Assembly: GCA_050950285.1 (NCBI GenBank)
Contig: JBMNHG010000006.1
Location: 1-64,000, forward strand
Direction of reading: 5' to 3'
Length of the DNA: 64,000 nucleotides
Source of the DNA: Kiritimatiellia bacterium
GTDB lineage: Bacteria > Verrucomicrobiota > Kiritimatiellia > RFP12 > JBMNHG01
Shown: positions 11,030 through 21,447 of the stretch, in pieces
Position numbering within the stretch: the stretch's first letter is position 1
How the letters are laid out: each line of letters starts with the position of its first letter
The notes under the pieces: model-generated
What the model was told of the DNA's origin: nothing
Seen by the model: the letters and a program-made list of their open reading frames with translations, nothing else
Database searches by the model: none
Translations under genes and position numbers: made by a program

Positions 11030-14000
11030 ATGAATGGTGCAGTTAAAAATCCTAGCAAGCTTCATGCCATAGTGGAATTCTGTGGCGGGTGGCGATTTCG
11101 CATTGTGTTCGTGTGCATTTTCAATTGCACCTACGATGCAGTGGGATATGTGAATGCGCTCGGCTTCGCGGCGTCCGAGACGACGACGTACCCCGACGGC
11201 ATCGGCGACCACGTTGTCCACGTCGACCGGCGCGGGGTTCGCACGGTCACGACGCGCACGTCGCACGCCGACCGCGAGGAGAGCGTCACCCTGACGTTCT
11301 CGCCGGCGAACCCCGACGTTTGCGTCGTGGCGAGCACGAACATCGCCTACCGGAACGGGCGTTCCATCGCCATCCGAAGCTGGGACGGCGGCTGGACGCG
11401 CGAAACCTCGTGGAGCGACTACGCCGCCGACGGGACGCGGCGCGCCTTCTCCGTCACCGAGGCGTCGGATTCGCCGGGCGCGATCACGAATCAAATCGCC
11501 CACGGCGACTTCCTCGGGCGGACGGTGGCGACGCTGAGGCCCGGCGCCGCAGGCGCCTGGCTCGTCACCTCGAACGCCTACGACGGCGCGACCTCGCGCC
11601 TGGTTCGCTCGGAAACGACCGGACAGCCCGCCACGACCTACCTCTACGACGAGCGCGGCGAGATGGCGGCGACCGTCCAAAGCGGCGTCGAGACCGCGTC
11701 GGAAACCCGCTACGAGAACATCGGCGAAGCATGGTGGCGGGTGGACGTCCGCAGCACGGCGCGCGGGGGCGTCACCAACGCCGTCGCGACGACCCGCCGC
11801 CAGTTGACGGGGCTGTCCAACGCCCTGCGGAGCCGCACGGTGAACACCGGCCCGAACGGCTCGACGACGACGGAATCGGGCAGCTACAACCCGCAGACTT
11901 GCGAACTGACGATGGTTCGCGCAACCGATTCGGCAACGCCATCCGCCACCGTCTCGAAGTTCGGGCGTTCAATTCGCCGCGAGACGCTGCGCGAAACCGT
12001 TTACAACTACTTCGACCCGCTCGGGCGCGTTGCATACTCGGAAACGCGCGACCCTGAAACGGGCGTCTATTCCCATTTCCGCTGGTCGGGACTCGACGAG
12101 TCCGACAACGAGACCCACTACGGCATTTATTATTACGACGACGATCTGCACGTCACCGGATCGAGAACCTTCGACGCCTTCGGCCGCGAAACGTCCCACA
12201 CCGACACGTTCGGCAACACCGTGACAACGACCTACGACGCTCTCGGGCGTCCGGTTGCCGCCACCGGTGCGACCTACCCCGTGGCCTACGGGTACGACGC
12301 CGCCGGCCGCACGACCGCCCTCGCCACCGCCCGAGGCAACGCCGCCGGCTTCGCCGCCCTCGCCGTCCAGCTTGCCGGAGGCGCGTCCCTCGCATCCCTT
12401 GCGTCCCCTGCGTCCCTCGATCTCACCGCCTGGAACTACGACCACGCCACCGGACTTGCCACCAACAAGGTCTACGCCGACGGATCAGCCGTTTCCTACG
12501 CCTACACCCCCGACGGCAAGCTTTCTGCTCGCACCTGGGCGCGCGGCCTCGCCACAACCTACGCCTACAACCCCGACGGCTTGCTCACCGCCACCACCTA
12601 CAGCGACAACACGCCGGACATCGTGCTGACATACGACCTCTTCCAGCGCCCTGCTTCCGCCTCCAACGCCGTCGCGCGATACGCCTACCAGAACAGCCAC
12701 CTCGGCACCGCCACCAACGAGACGGCCATGGTTGGCGGCGACACCGCGACCCTGGCCCGTACCCTGGACAACCGCCACCGCCTGGCGGAACTGCGCAGCG
12801 GCAATGCCGCCCCCGTCCATTACGGCTACGACTCCGAAAGCCGTCTTTCCACCGTCTCGAATGATACCTTTTCGGCAAGCTACGCATATACTGATGACGC
12901 CTGGGACGCCGGATACACCATCACGCAGACCAACGGGATAGTTCTCTCCCGTACCGTCATCCGCGACCGGTACCGCCGCCACCTTGTCACGGTCATCACC
13001 AACAGCGCCAGCGGCGTGCCGCACAACCCGCTGGCCTACACCTACGACCTCCTCAACCGCGTCACGTCACGAAACGCCGACACCTTCGACTACAACGCCA
13101 GAAGCGAAGTCACTTCCGCCATCATCCAGCCCGCCCACACCAACCGCTACGCCTTCGACAACATAGGCAACGCGCTGTGGGCCTCGCTTAACTCCGTCAC
13201 GAACATCTACACCGCCAACGAACTGAACCAGTATTTCCTGATTTCCAATCATGTCAATCATGTCAATCCTGTCCAAATTTCTCCCGTATACGATTTAGAC
13301 GGCAATATGACATGGGACGGGCGTTTCAGCTATGCGTATGATGCCGAGAACCGCCTCGTCGCCGCCTATTCCAACGGCCTGTGCGTAGTCTTCAACGCCT
13401 ACGATCATCTTAGCCGCCGCGTGTTGAAAATCTCACGCGGAGGCGCGGAGACACGGGGATTTGTTTATGACGGCTGGCTGCCGGTTCTCGAAATCGTCGC
13501 TACCGCCGCGGGAGTGACCACCAACCACTACGTCTGGGGCAAAGACCTATCCGGCACGCTCCAGGGCGCGGGCGGCGTCGGTGGTTTGCTGGCGGTACAG
13601 ATGGGCGGCACATGGTACTTCCCGTTCTACGATAACAACGGGAATATCACGGCCTATGCCGATAAAACCGGTTCTATCGTGGCGGAATATGTTTATGATG
13701 CCTTCGGTGGTACCATAGCCCAATCCGGCAGTATGGCGGATGCCTTCGCCCATCGTTTCAGCACTAAATACTACGACTCCGAAACGGGCATCTACTACTA
13801 CGGCTACCGATTCTACTCCCCTGAACTTATGAGGTGGCTGAACAGGGATCCGATTCAAGAGGAAGGCGGTTTCAACGTATATGCGTTTTGCGAGAATGAC
13901 GCAAGGAACTCATTTGATGTTTTCGGACTTCAGAGCAAACCAAAAGTCCAATGTTCTAAAAAAGACAGTCCAATTTCATTTCGTTTTGATGGAAAAACTT

Positions 14001-14509
14001 TAAGTACAACAGGTTTTAGTTTGGATGCGGTGTCAGGACGTCCAATACGTGAGACAAACACATCCTGGGTCTCAACAGATACATTTTTCGGCATTCCTGT
14101 ATATGGAGGGATTGAGCGAACAACAGAGTATGATTACTCCGTAGAGCGTCAGAAACTCAAAAATGTCGGGCCTGTTCCGAAAGGAAGTTATTGGATTAAC
14201 GTGAATGAAGGAAGAACCCCAATAACTAGTCCATACAGCCACATCGTCAAATCTTCGGGGTGGGGGAGCTATAGTTGGACTTTACATGTGGATCCTATGA
14301 CGGAAACATATGGACGAAGCGGTTTCTTTATACATGGTGGCGATAGATGGGGGTCTGCGGGATGCATCGACCTTCAATACGGAGACAGCAAATTCAGGGA
14401 CTTTTTGAAAGGCTTGTGTGACTGCTACATACCCATTGAGGTTGAGTATCCAACACCGAATGTCCAAAAAACGGAACGTCATGTCTCTTGGTATCTCTTC
14501 ATGTTTTAA
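11030..14509 (+). CDS. Orphan Rhs cassette with a C-terminal Tlde1/DUF2778 (L,D-transpeptidase-fold) toxin
   Basis: Rhs homology begins at about 11150 (ASETTTYPDGI matches ASETTSYPHGI of Rhs1). The core ends WLNRDPIQEEGGFNVYAF...FDVFGL. The tip has AVSG, GPVPKGSYWI and YGRSGFFIHGG...GSAGCIDL. Confidence 0.88.
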   Translation: MNGAVKNPSKLHAIVEFCGGWRFRIVFVCIFNCTYDAVGYVNALGFAASETTTYPDGIGDHVVHVDRRGVRTVTTRTSHADREESVTLTFSPANPDVCVVASTNIAYRNGRSIAIRSWDGGWTRETSWSDYAADGTRRAFSVTEASDSPGAITNQIAHGDFLGRTVATLRPGAAGAWLVTSNAYDGATSRLVRSETTGQPATTYLYDERGEMAATVQSGVETASETRYENIGEAWWRVDVRSTARGGVTNAVATTRRQLTGLSNALRSRTVNTGPNGSTTTESGSYNPQTCELTMVRATDSATPSATVSKFGRSIRRETLRETVYNYFDPLGRVAYSETRDPETGVYSHFRWSGLDESDNETHYGIYYYDDDLHVTGSRTFDAFGRETSHTDTFGNTVTTTYDALGRPVAATGATYPVAYGYDAAGRTTALATARGNAAGFAALAVQLAGGASLASLASPASLDLTAWNYDHATGLATNKVYADGSAVSYAYTPDGKLSARTWARGLATTYAYNPDGLLTATTYSDNTPDIVLTYDLFQRPASASNAVARYAYQNSHLGTATNETAMVGGDTATLARTLDNRHRLAELRSGNAAPVHYGYDSESRLSTVSNDTFSASYAYTDDAWDAGYTITQTNGIVLSRTVIRDRYRRHLVTVITNSASGVPHNPLAYTYDLLNRVTSRNADTFDYNARSEVTSAIIQPAHTNRYAFDNIGNALWASLNSVTNIYTANELNQYFLISNHVNHVNPVQISPVYDLDGNMTWDGRFSYAYDAENRLVAAYSNGLCVVFNAYDHLSRRVLKISRGGAETRGFVYDGWLPVLEIVATAAGVTTNHYVWGKDLSGTLQGAGGVGGLLAVQMGGTWYFPFYDNNGNITAYADKTGSIVAEYVYDAFGGTIAQSGSMADAFAHRFSTKYYDSETGIYYYGYRFYSPELMRWLNRDPIQEEGGFNVYAFCENDARNSFDVFGLQSKPKVQCSKKDSPISFRFDGKTLSTTGFSLDAVSGRPIRETNTSWVSTDTFFGIPVYGGIERTTEYDYSVERQKLKNVGPVPKGSYWINVNEGRTPITSPYSHIVKSSGWGSYSWTLHVDPMTETYGRSGFFIHGGDRWGSAGCIDLQYGDSKFRDFLKGLCDCYIPIEVEYPTPNVQKTERHVSWYLFMF

Positions 14510-14531
14510 ATTCCAGTCCGCACATTTTGAT

Positions 14532-14825
14532 ATGATTTTACATGCTATGAAACGATTTCGCATTTTTCTTGGTTTTACGTCTCTTGTTTTATTCCAGCTC
14601 GCTATTGCCTGCGCCATGACATGCATAGCAAACACATTGAATGTCAGATATATGGCTTGGGTGGTATTGGTGCTATGGCTGGTGTCGGTTGGGTTGTGCA
14701 TTGGCTTTTTTGCCAAAAATTCGATGACAAAAAAAATCTTGTATTCATTTTCCCTCATCGTTTCCTTGCTAATTTATCTTATTATGGACGTAGTGTTTAA
14801 TATTTTCCCGCGGGTTTTCTATTGA
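14532..14825 (+). CDS. Small multi-TM membrane protein, putative immunity protein to the Tlde1-like toxin
   Basis: AT-rich ORF just after the toxin stop, with three hydrophobic stretches. The start is ATG 14532 or 14547. Confidence 0.65.
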   Translation: MILHAMKRFRIFLGFTSLVLFQLAIACAMTCIANTLNVRYMAWVVLVLWLVSVGLCIGFFAKNSMTKKILYSFSLIVSLLIYLIMDVVFNIFPRVFY

Positions 14826-14899
14826 GCACGGCATTCGAAAAAGATTACAATGATCTTATGATCCCACAGTCATTCAGAACAAAACGCAAACACACCGTA

Positions 14900-16154
14900 C
14901 TTGCGACCACCCGCGACGGCACGATGTGGGACTCCACGCATTGGCACTACGACCCTGCCACGGGACTGCTCACCAACAAGGTCTACGCCGACGGATCAGC
15001 AGTGTCCTATACGCACAACCCCGACGGCAGGCTTGCCGCCCGCACCTGGGCGCGTGGACTCGCCACAACCTACGCCTACAACCCCGACGGCTTGCTCACC
15101 GCCACCACCTACAGCGACAACACGCCGGACATCGTGCTGACATACGACCTCTTCCAGCGCCCTGCTTCCGCCTCCAACGCCGTCGCGCGATACGCCTACC
15201 AGAACAGCCACCTCGGCACCGCCACCAACGAGACGGCCACGGTCGGCGGCGACACCGCGACCCTGGCCCGCACCCTGGACCACCGCCACCGTCTGGCCGC
15301 ACTGCGTATCGGCAATGCCGCCCCCGTCCACTACGGCTACGACACCGAGAACCGGCACTCCGCCGTCTCCAACACCGCCTTCCGCGCCACCTACGCCTAC
15401 ACCTCCGACGGTTGGGATGCGGGCTATTCGGTGGCCTTGACGAATGGCGTCGTACTTGCCCGCAACCTGACCCGCGACCCCTACCGCCGCAGTCTGGTAA
15501 AAGCCATCACCAACAGCGTCAGCGGCGTGCCGTACAATCCGCTGGCCTACACCTACGACCTGCTTAACCGTGTCACGTCACGAAACGCCGACACCTTTGA
15601 TTACAACGCCAGAAGCGAAGTCACGGCGGCCATCATCCAGCCCGCCCACACCAACCGCTACGCCTTCGACAACATAGGCAACGCGCTGTGGGCCTCGCTT
15701 AACTCCGTCACGAACATCTACACCGCCAACGAACTGAACCAGTATTTCCTGATTTCCAATCATGTCAATCATGTCAATCCTGTCCAAATTTCTCCCGTAT
15801 ACGATTTAGACTGCAATATGACATGGGACGGGCGTTTCAGCTATGCGTATGACGCCGAGAACCGCCTCGTCGCCGCCTATTCCAACGGCCTGTGCGTAGT
15901 CTTCAACGCCTACGATCATCTTAGCCGCCGCGTGTTGAAAATCTCACGCGGAGGCGTGGAGACGCGGAAATTTGTCTACGACGGCTGGCTGCCGGTTCTC
16001 GAAATCGTCGCCACCGCCTCGGGCGTGACCACAAATCATTACGTGTGGGGACGCGATCTATCTGGAAGCATGCAAGGCGCGGGCGGCGTCGGCGGCTTGC
16101 TGGCGGTACAGATGGGCGGCGCGTGGCACTTCCCGTTCTACGACAACAACGGAA
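14900..16154 (+). pseudogene. Orphan Rhs core fragment (5' exon of the group II intron)
   Basis: Near-identical in long blocks to 12460-13630. It ends at FYDNNG immediately before the intron GTGCG. Confidence 0.85.
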
Positions 16155-18086
16155 GTGCGCCAAGCGAAGCTCGGCGCTTCTTGCGGGGTGGAAGTCCCCG
16201 CCGAGTAAGGACCAGCCATCCACTCGTACCGAGTGTTGGCACTATGGAAGAGGAGTCGAATCCGAATGAAGTAGTGTAAGCGTACACAGGGAACTTCGCA
16301 GGCCGCAGGGAGGATGCACCCTCCCGAAGCGGTTCAGCCCCGTTAATTGATCATGCGCAGGGCGACATGTTTGCCGACATGGAAGCCAGCAACAAGGACG
16401 CGCAACCGGCTTGCGTCCGGTGACTGCGCCGGGGTCTACGGCGCGCGGCATGCGGAGAGAGAAGCGAACGGGAACTTGGGAGACCCGCCGCCGTCCGCGT
16501 CCGCGAGGGCGCGGTAGCGGCCGCCGAGCCGGAAGGGAAGGCGGCGCGACGCGGCGGCGGGAGTCAGACCGCCCCATAGTACTCCGGGACGGGCGAGCCG
16601 GTCACACGGGGAAGGGGGCGGCGGGGCTGCGAAGCCCGCAAAGGAAACAGGAAAGATGGACACGACAGGCTGTCAAACACTGCAAACCTCACTGCGGGGA
16701 ATAGCGGATCGGGCGCGACGCGACCCGAAGGCGCGATTCCGCGACGTGTACAGGCTGCTCAACGAGGCGAACCTGCGCGAGTGCTTCCGGGCGTTGCGCA
16801 GGGACGCCGCGCCGGGGATTGACCGGGTGACGTTCGACGACTACGAACGCGACCTCGACGCCAACCTCGCGGCGCTGGTCGAGCGGCTCAAGCACAAGCG
16901 GTACCACGCCCGACTGGTGCGCAGGGTGAACATCCCGAAGGGGGGCGGGAAACTGCGTCCCCTCGGAATCCCTGTGCTGGAGGACAAACTTCTGCAAATG
17001 GCCGTGGCGAAGGTGCTCACGGCGATCTACGAAGAGGACTTCCTGCCGGCGAGCCGGGGCTACCGTCCCGGCGGCGACGCCCGCGAGGCCAGCCGCGAAT
17101 GGGCGGCGAGGCTCGGCGGGGGGAGCTATGCGTGGGTGGTCGATGCGGACATCAAGGGCTTCTTCGAGCACGTCGATCACGACTGGATGCTCAGGATGCT
17201 GGAGCTTCGCATCGACGACAAGCCGTTTCTGCGGCTGGTGCGCAAATGGCTCAAGGCGGGGGTGCTGGAAACGGACGGACGGGTGCTGCATCCGACGGAG
17301 GGGACGCCCCAAGGCGGGGTGGTCTCGCCGGTGCTGGCGAACGTCTACCTGCACTACGCGCTCGACCTCTGGTTCGACCGCGTGGTCAGGAGGACGACGT
17401 CGGGCCGCTGTGTGATGCTGCGCTACGCCGACGACTTCGTGGTCGCCTTCGAGCGGCGCGAGGACGCGGAACGCTTCCTTGGGGAGCTGCCCGGGCGACT
17501 GGGCAAGTTCGGCCTGGAGCTCTCGGGGGAGAAGACGCGGCTGGTGCGCTTCGAGCGGGGCAACCCGTCGGGCGACAACGGCGGCTTCGACTTCCTGGGG
17601 TTCCAGTACCACTGGGAGCGTACGCGAAACGGACGCTGGAAGGTGCAGCGCCGGACGGCTCCGAGCCGTCTCCGGCGGTCGGTGGAACGCTTCGCCGAGT
17701 GGATCAAGGCCAACCGGGGCGGACGCCTGCCCGTTCTCATGGAACGGCTGGGGCGCAAGCTCGCGGGGTACTGGCAGTACTACGGCGTGACGGGCAACGG
17801 GCGCAGCCTGTGCAAGTTCTGGAGGCAGGTGGTGGCTGGGCTCTACAAGTGGCTCAACCGCAGAAGCCAGAAGCGGGGCTTGACCTGGGTCCGTCTCAAT
17901 GCGATCCTCAAGCGCCACGGGGTGCCGGGACCGCGGATCACCGAGAGCGGGCAGATGCTGTTTTCCTTCATGGGGGCGCGTTGAAGACCGAGTGCAAAGC
18001 GAGCAGTCCCGAAGAGCCCGGTGCGGGAATTCCGCACGCCGGGATCCGTGCGGGGGGCGCCCGGCAACGGGCGTCCCTACCGCGAT
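16155..18086 (+). mobile_element. Group II intron (IIB-like, no endonuclease domain)
   Basis: 5' GTGCG at 16155. Domain V GAGCCCGGTGCGGGAATTCCGCACGCCGGGATC at about 18014-18046. Domain VI ends CCCTACCGCGAT at 18086 with the bulged A at -8. It encodes an RT/maturase. Confidence 0.93.
16656..17984 (+). CDS. ltrA: Group II intron reverse transcriptase/maturase
   Basis: APGIDRVT, RPLGIP, DADIKGFF, GTPQGGVVSPVLANVYLH, RYADDF, FDFLGF, and maturase X domain GYWQYY...WLNRRSQ. Confidence 0.95.
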   Translation: MDTTGCQTLQTSLRGIADRARRDPKARFRDVYRLLNEANLRECFRALRRDAAPGIDRVTFDDYERDLDANLAALVERLKHKRYHARLVRRVNIPKGGGKLRPLGIPVLEDKLLQMAVAKVLTAIYEEDFLPASRGYRPGGDAREASREWAARLGGGSYAWVVDADIKGFFEHVDHDWMLRMLELRIDDKPFLRLVRKWLKAGVLETDGRVLHPTEGTPQGGVVSPVLANVYLHYALDLWFDRVVRRTTSGRCVMLRYADDFVVAFERREDAERFLGELPGRLGKFGLELSGEKTRLVRFERGNPSGDNGGFDFLGFQYHWERTRNGRWKVQRRTAPSRLRRSVERFAEWIKANRGGRLPVLMERLGRKLAGYWQYYGVTGNGRSLCKFWRQVVAGLYKWLNRRSQKRGLTWVRLNAILKRHGVPGPRITESGQMLFSFMGAR

Positions 18087-18932
18087 ACGCACTGTGGACC
18101 TCGCTTAACGCCGTCACCAACATCTACACCGCCAACGAACTGAACCAGTATTTCCTGATTTCCAATCATGTCAATCCTGTCCAAATTTCTCCCGCATACG
18201 ATTTAGACGGCAATATGATATGGGACGGGCGTTTCAACTACACGTATGATGCGGAAAACCGCCTCGTCGCCGCCTATTCCAACGGCCTGTGCGTAGTCTT
18301 CAACGCCTACGACCACCTGAGCCGCCGCGTGTTGAAAATCTCACGCGGAGGCACGGAGACACGGGGATTTGTTTATGACGGCTGGCTGCCGGTTCTCCGA
18401 AATCGTCGCCACCGCCTCGGGCGTGACCACCAACCACTACGTCTGGGGCAAAGACCTATCCGGCACGCCTCCAGGGCGCGGGCGGCATCGGCGGACTCCT
18501 GGCGGTACAGATGGGTGGCACATGGTACTTCCCGTTCTACGATAATAACGGCAACATCACAGCCTATGTTGACGAGACCGGCGCCATCGTGGCCGAGTAC
18601 ACCTACGACGCCTTCGGGCGCACCATTGAGGCTACCGGCTCCATGGCCGACGCCTTCCTCCACCGTTTTTCGACCAAATACTACGATGCCGAAACCGGGC
18701 TCTACTACTACGGCTACCGGTTCTACGCGCCCAAACTGATGCGGTGGATCAATAGGGATCCGATTCAAGAGAAGGGTTTCGTTTTCAGTTTGTATAACGA
18801 GAAAATTTCAGACGCTGAGACACTGGCTATTCCCTTCCCAGATTTCGAAACATATTATTTGTACAATGTAGAAGAATTGACGAAAGGTGGGAATTGCAAT
18901 CCAGTTATGTTTATCCTTAACAGTCCACTAAA

Positions 18933-20949
18933 CCGAAGTTCCAGCGGCTCTTTCATGCCCGAAACGGCCATATTTTCTTGATTTAGCGGCATTCCGGCAC
19001 CCCTAAGGCAGCAAAATCCGTTCCATTTGCGCCCATGTAATTGTTAATAACTTTTTTGACGAAACACCATTTTTACGCTTGCATGAGACTGAAAGGTCTG
19101 CTAAATTGAGCCCATGTACATTGACATCGTGCCGAACCGCAAATCCCCGCCCGCAATCCTGCTGCGCGAGAGCTGCCGCGAGGGCGGGCGCACCGTCAAG
19201 CGCACGCTTGCCAACCTGTCGATGCTGCCGCCCGAGGCGGTGGCGGCGCTGCGCGCCGCGCTCAAGGGCGAGCATCTTGTGGAGGCCGACAGCCTTTTCG
19301 AGATCGAGCGATCCCTGCCATGCGGCCACGTCAGGGCCGTCCGCACGGCAATGAGCCGGCTCGGCATGCGGGATCTGGTGTCGTCCAAGCCCTGCCCGGA
19401 GCGCGACATCGTGCTGGCGATGATAGCCCAGCGCATAATAGAGCCGGGCTCGAAGCTGGAGACGGTCTCCCTGTTCGGGGACTCCACGCTCGCGCAGGAG
19501 TTCGGCGTGCAGGACGTGGACGAGAACGACCTTTATGCGGCGATGGACTGGCTCGCGGCCCGCCAGCCCTTCATCGAGCGCAAGCTGGCCGGGCGGCACC
19601 TTGCCGAGGGGGCGACAGTCCTGTACGACGTATCGAGCAGCTCCTACTACGGCAAGCAATGCCCCCTGGCAAAGCGCGGATACAACCGCGACGGCCTCAA
19701 GCTGCCCGGCATCGTCTACGGGCTTATGACCGATACCGACGGCAGGCCGGTCGCGGTGCGGGTGTATCCCGGCGACACCGCCGACCCGGTGACGGTGCCG
19801 GACCAGATCGACCGGCTGCGCGGGGGCTTCGGCATAGCGCGGTTCGTCTTCGTGGGTGACCGCGGCATGCTGACGAACACGCAGATCGACCGCCTGCGGC
19901 AGCAGGAGGGCTGCGGCTGGATATCCTGCCTGCGAAGCTCGGACATCCGCAGGCTGCTGGAGACACGCGATCCCTCCGGTGCGCCGCTGTTCACGCAGGG
20001 CAACCTGGCCGAGATCATCCATCCCGACTTCCCCGGCGAGCGGCTGGTGGCCTGCTACAACCCGGTGCTGGCGATGGACCGCGCCCGCATGCGCGGCGAG
20101 CTGCTGGAGTCCACCGAGAAGGATCTCGTCAAGCTGCGCGACCATGTGGGGCGCCGGAGGAGGAAACCCCTGACGGCAGCCGAGATCGGCGTCAGGGCGG
20201 GACGCGTGATCAACCGCTACAAGGTCGCCAAGCACTTCAGGCTGGACATCGCCGACAACCACTTCGGCTGGGAGCGCGACACGGAATCCATCGCCCGCGA
20301 GGCCGCCCTGGACGGCATCTACGTCGTGCGCACCAGCGAGACGCCCGAGTCGCTTTCCGCAGAGGACGCGGTGCGCGCCTACAAGAGCCTGGGCGACGTC
20401 GAGCAGGCCTTCAGGACCTTCAAGGGCGTCGATCTGCTCGTCCGCCCGATCTACCACCGCCTGGAGGACCGCGTGCGCGCGCACGTGCTGCTGTGCATGC
20501 TCGCCTATTACGTGGAATGGCACATGCGCCAGGCCCTGGCCCCGCTGCTCTACGCCGACGAGGAACTGGAAGCCGCCCGCGCCAGCCGCGATCCCGTCGC
20601 CAAGGCGCAGCCCTCGGAAAACCTCAAGCGCAAGCGCGCCCGGAAACGCACGCAGGACGGACTGCGGCTCCGGCGCTGGGACGGGCTGCTTGGCGCGCTA
20701 TCGACACAGGTGCGCAACACATGCTGTTTCGGAGAAGGCAGAACCGCCGTGCGCTTTACCCGCGACACGATGCCCAACGCCTTCCAGGCCAAAGCCTTCC
20801 GACTGCTCGAGGCGGACCACGCCTGCTGGCGGAACAACAAGGGCGTTTCCATGTAAGCGGAACGGGAAAATGGCGCCAGAAAGCGCGTAGAATGCTTGCC
20901 TGCAAGGGTTTGCGAATGAGCAGGCTGTTGGAAATCGCTGGAACTTCGG
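18933..20949 (+). mobile_element. IS1634-family insertion sequence
   Basis: Perfect 14-bp terminal IR CCGAAGTTCCAGCG (18933-18946 and 20936-20949). 6-bp target duplication ACTAAA (18927-18932 and 20950-20955). Confidence 0.95.
19114..20856 (+). CDS. IS1634-family DDE transposase
   Basis: MYIDIVPNRKSPPAILLRES, LYDVSSSSY, RGYNRDG, VFVGDRGM, LDGIYVVRTS, VEQAFRTFK...RPIYHR...RVRAHVLLCMLAYY. Confidence 0.95.
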   Translation: MYIDIVPNRKSPPAILLRESCREGGRTVKRTLANLSMLPPEAVAALRAALKGEHLVEADSLFEIERSLPCGHVRAVRTAMSRLGMRDLVSSKPCPERDIVLAMIAQRIIEPGSKLETVSLFGDSTLAQEFGVQDVDENDLYAAMDWLAARQPFIERKLAGRHLAEGATVLYDVSSSSYYGKQCPLAKRGYNRDGLKLPGIVYGLMTDTDGRPVAVRVYPGDTADPVTVPDQIDRLRGGFGIARFVFVGDRGMLTNTQIDRLRQQEGCGWISCLRSSDIRRLLETRDPSGAPLFTQGNLAEIIHPDFPGERLVACYNPVLAMDRARMRGELLESTEKDLVKLRDHVGRRRRKPLTAAEIGVRAGRVINRYKVAKHFRLDIADNHFGWERDTESIAREAALDGIYVVRTSETPESLSAEDAVRAYKSLGDVEQAFRTFKGVDLLVRPIYHRLEDRVRAHVLLCMLAYYVEWHMRQALAPLLYADEELEAARASRDPVAKAQPSENLKRKRARKRTQDGLRLRRWDGLLGALSTQVRNTCCFGEGRTAVRFTRDTMPNAFQAKAFRLLEADHACWRNNKGVSM

Positions 20950-21447
20950 ACTAAATGGTTGGGATGACAGGGGACTGGATATTACGCTTGAGACCGGCAA
21001 CAATGGTGCAAATGACCTTAACAACAAGTATCATCAAGCGGTTTGTGTCGACACGTGGGTTAATGGCAATGGAAGGAATGCCTGTAACGAACAAAACAAG
21101 TGGCAATGTTGTCATTTGGGGAAGAGATGCTTTTCGTTTGGCAAGGTACCAGGATTAGAGGGCGGTCAACTGCCCCATTTTTCATCGAGTTGGCTGGGCT
21201 GGAGCAGTACTGTTGTTGGCGCAATTCTTCAGGGAGAGATTTACTCTCTTGCCGCCGTTCCGGGGGCAACGATTGATCGACGTTACGTCACAACAATGAC
21301 ACAAGACTTCAACTGGGAGCGCTACATGTGGCGAAGTCGAATGTACACACGCGATGCGTATTCTGTTGCACGGCATAATTGCCGGAAGTATTCCCAATGG
21401 GAATTTAGAGATGCGCCATATCATTGGTAATGTAGGAGATGCTACTA

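Larger units (their letters stand above)
18087..21430 (+). pseudogene. Orphan Rhs cassette with a papain-like (H...HNC) toxin tip, frameshifted (~18397, ~18468) and split by IS1634
   Basis: Rhs core at 18087-18780. Removing the IS and one TSD restores ...ILNSPLNGWDDRGL-DITLETGNN...YHQAVCVDTW...DAYSVARHNCRKYSQWEF...HW* (stop at 21430). Confidence 0.8.

Noticed and set aside
16656..17984. Reverse transcriptase as a retron, DGR or CRISPR-associated RT
   Set aside because: It has a maturase X domain and is bounded by canonical group II intron ends and domains V/VI. Differences among nearby repeats are not visibly adenine-specific.
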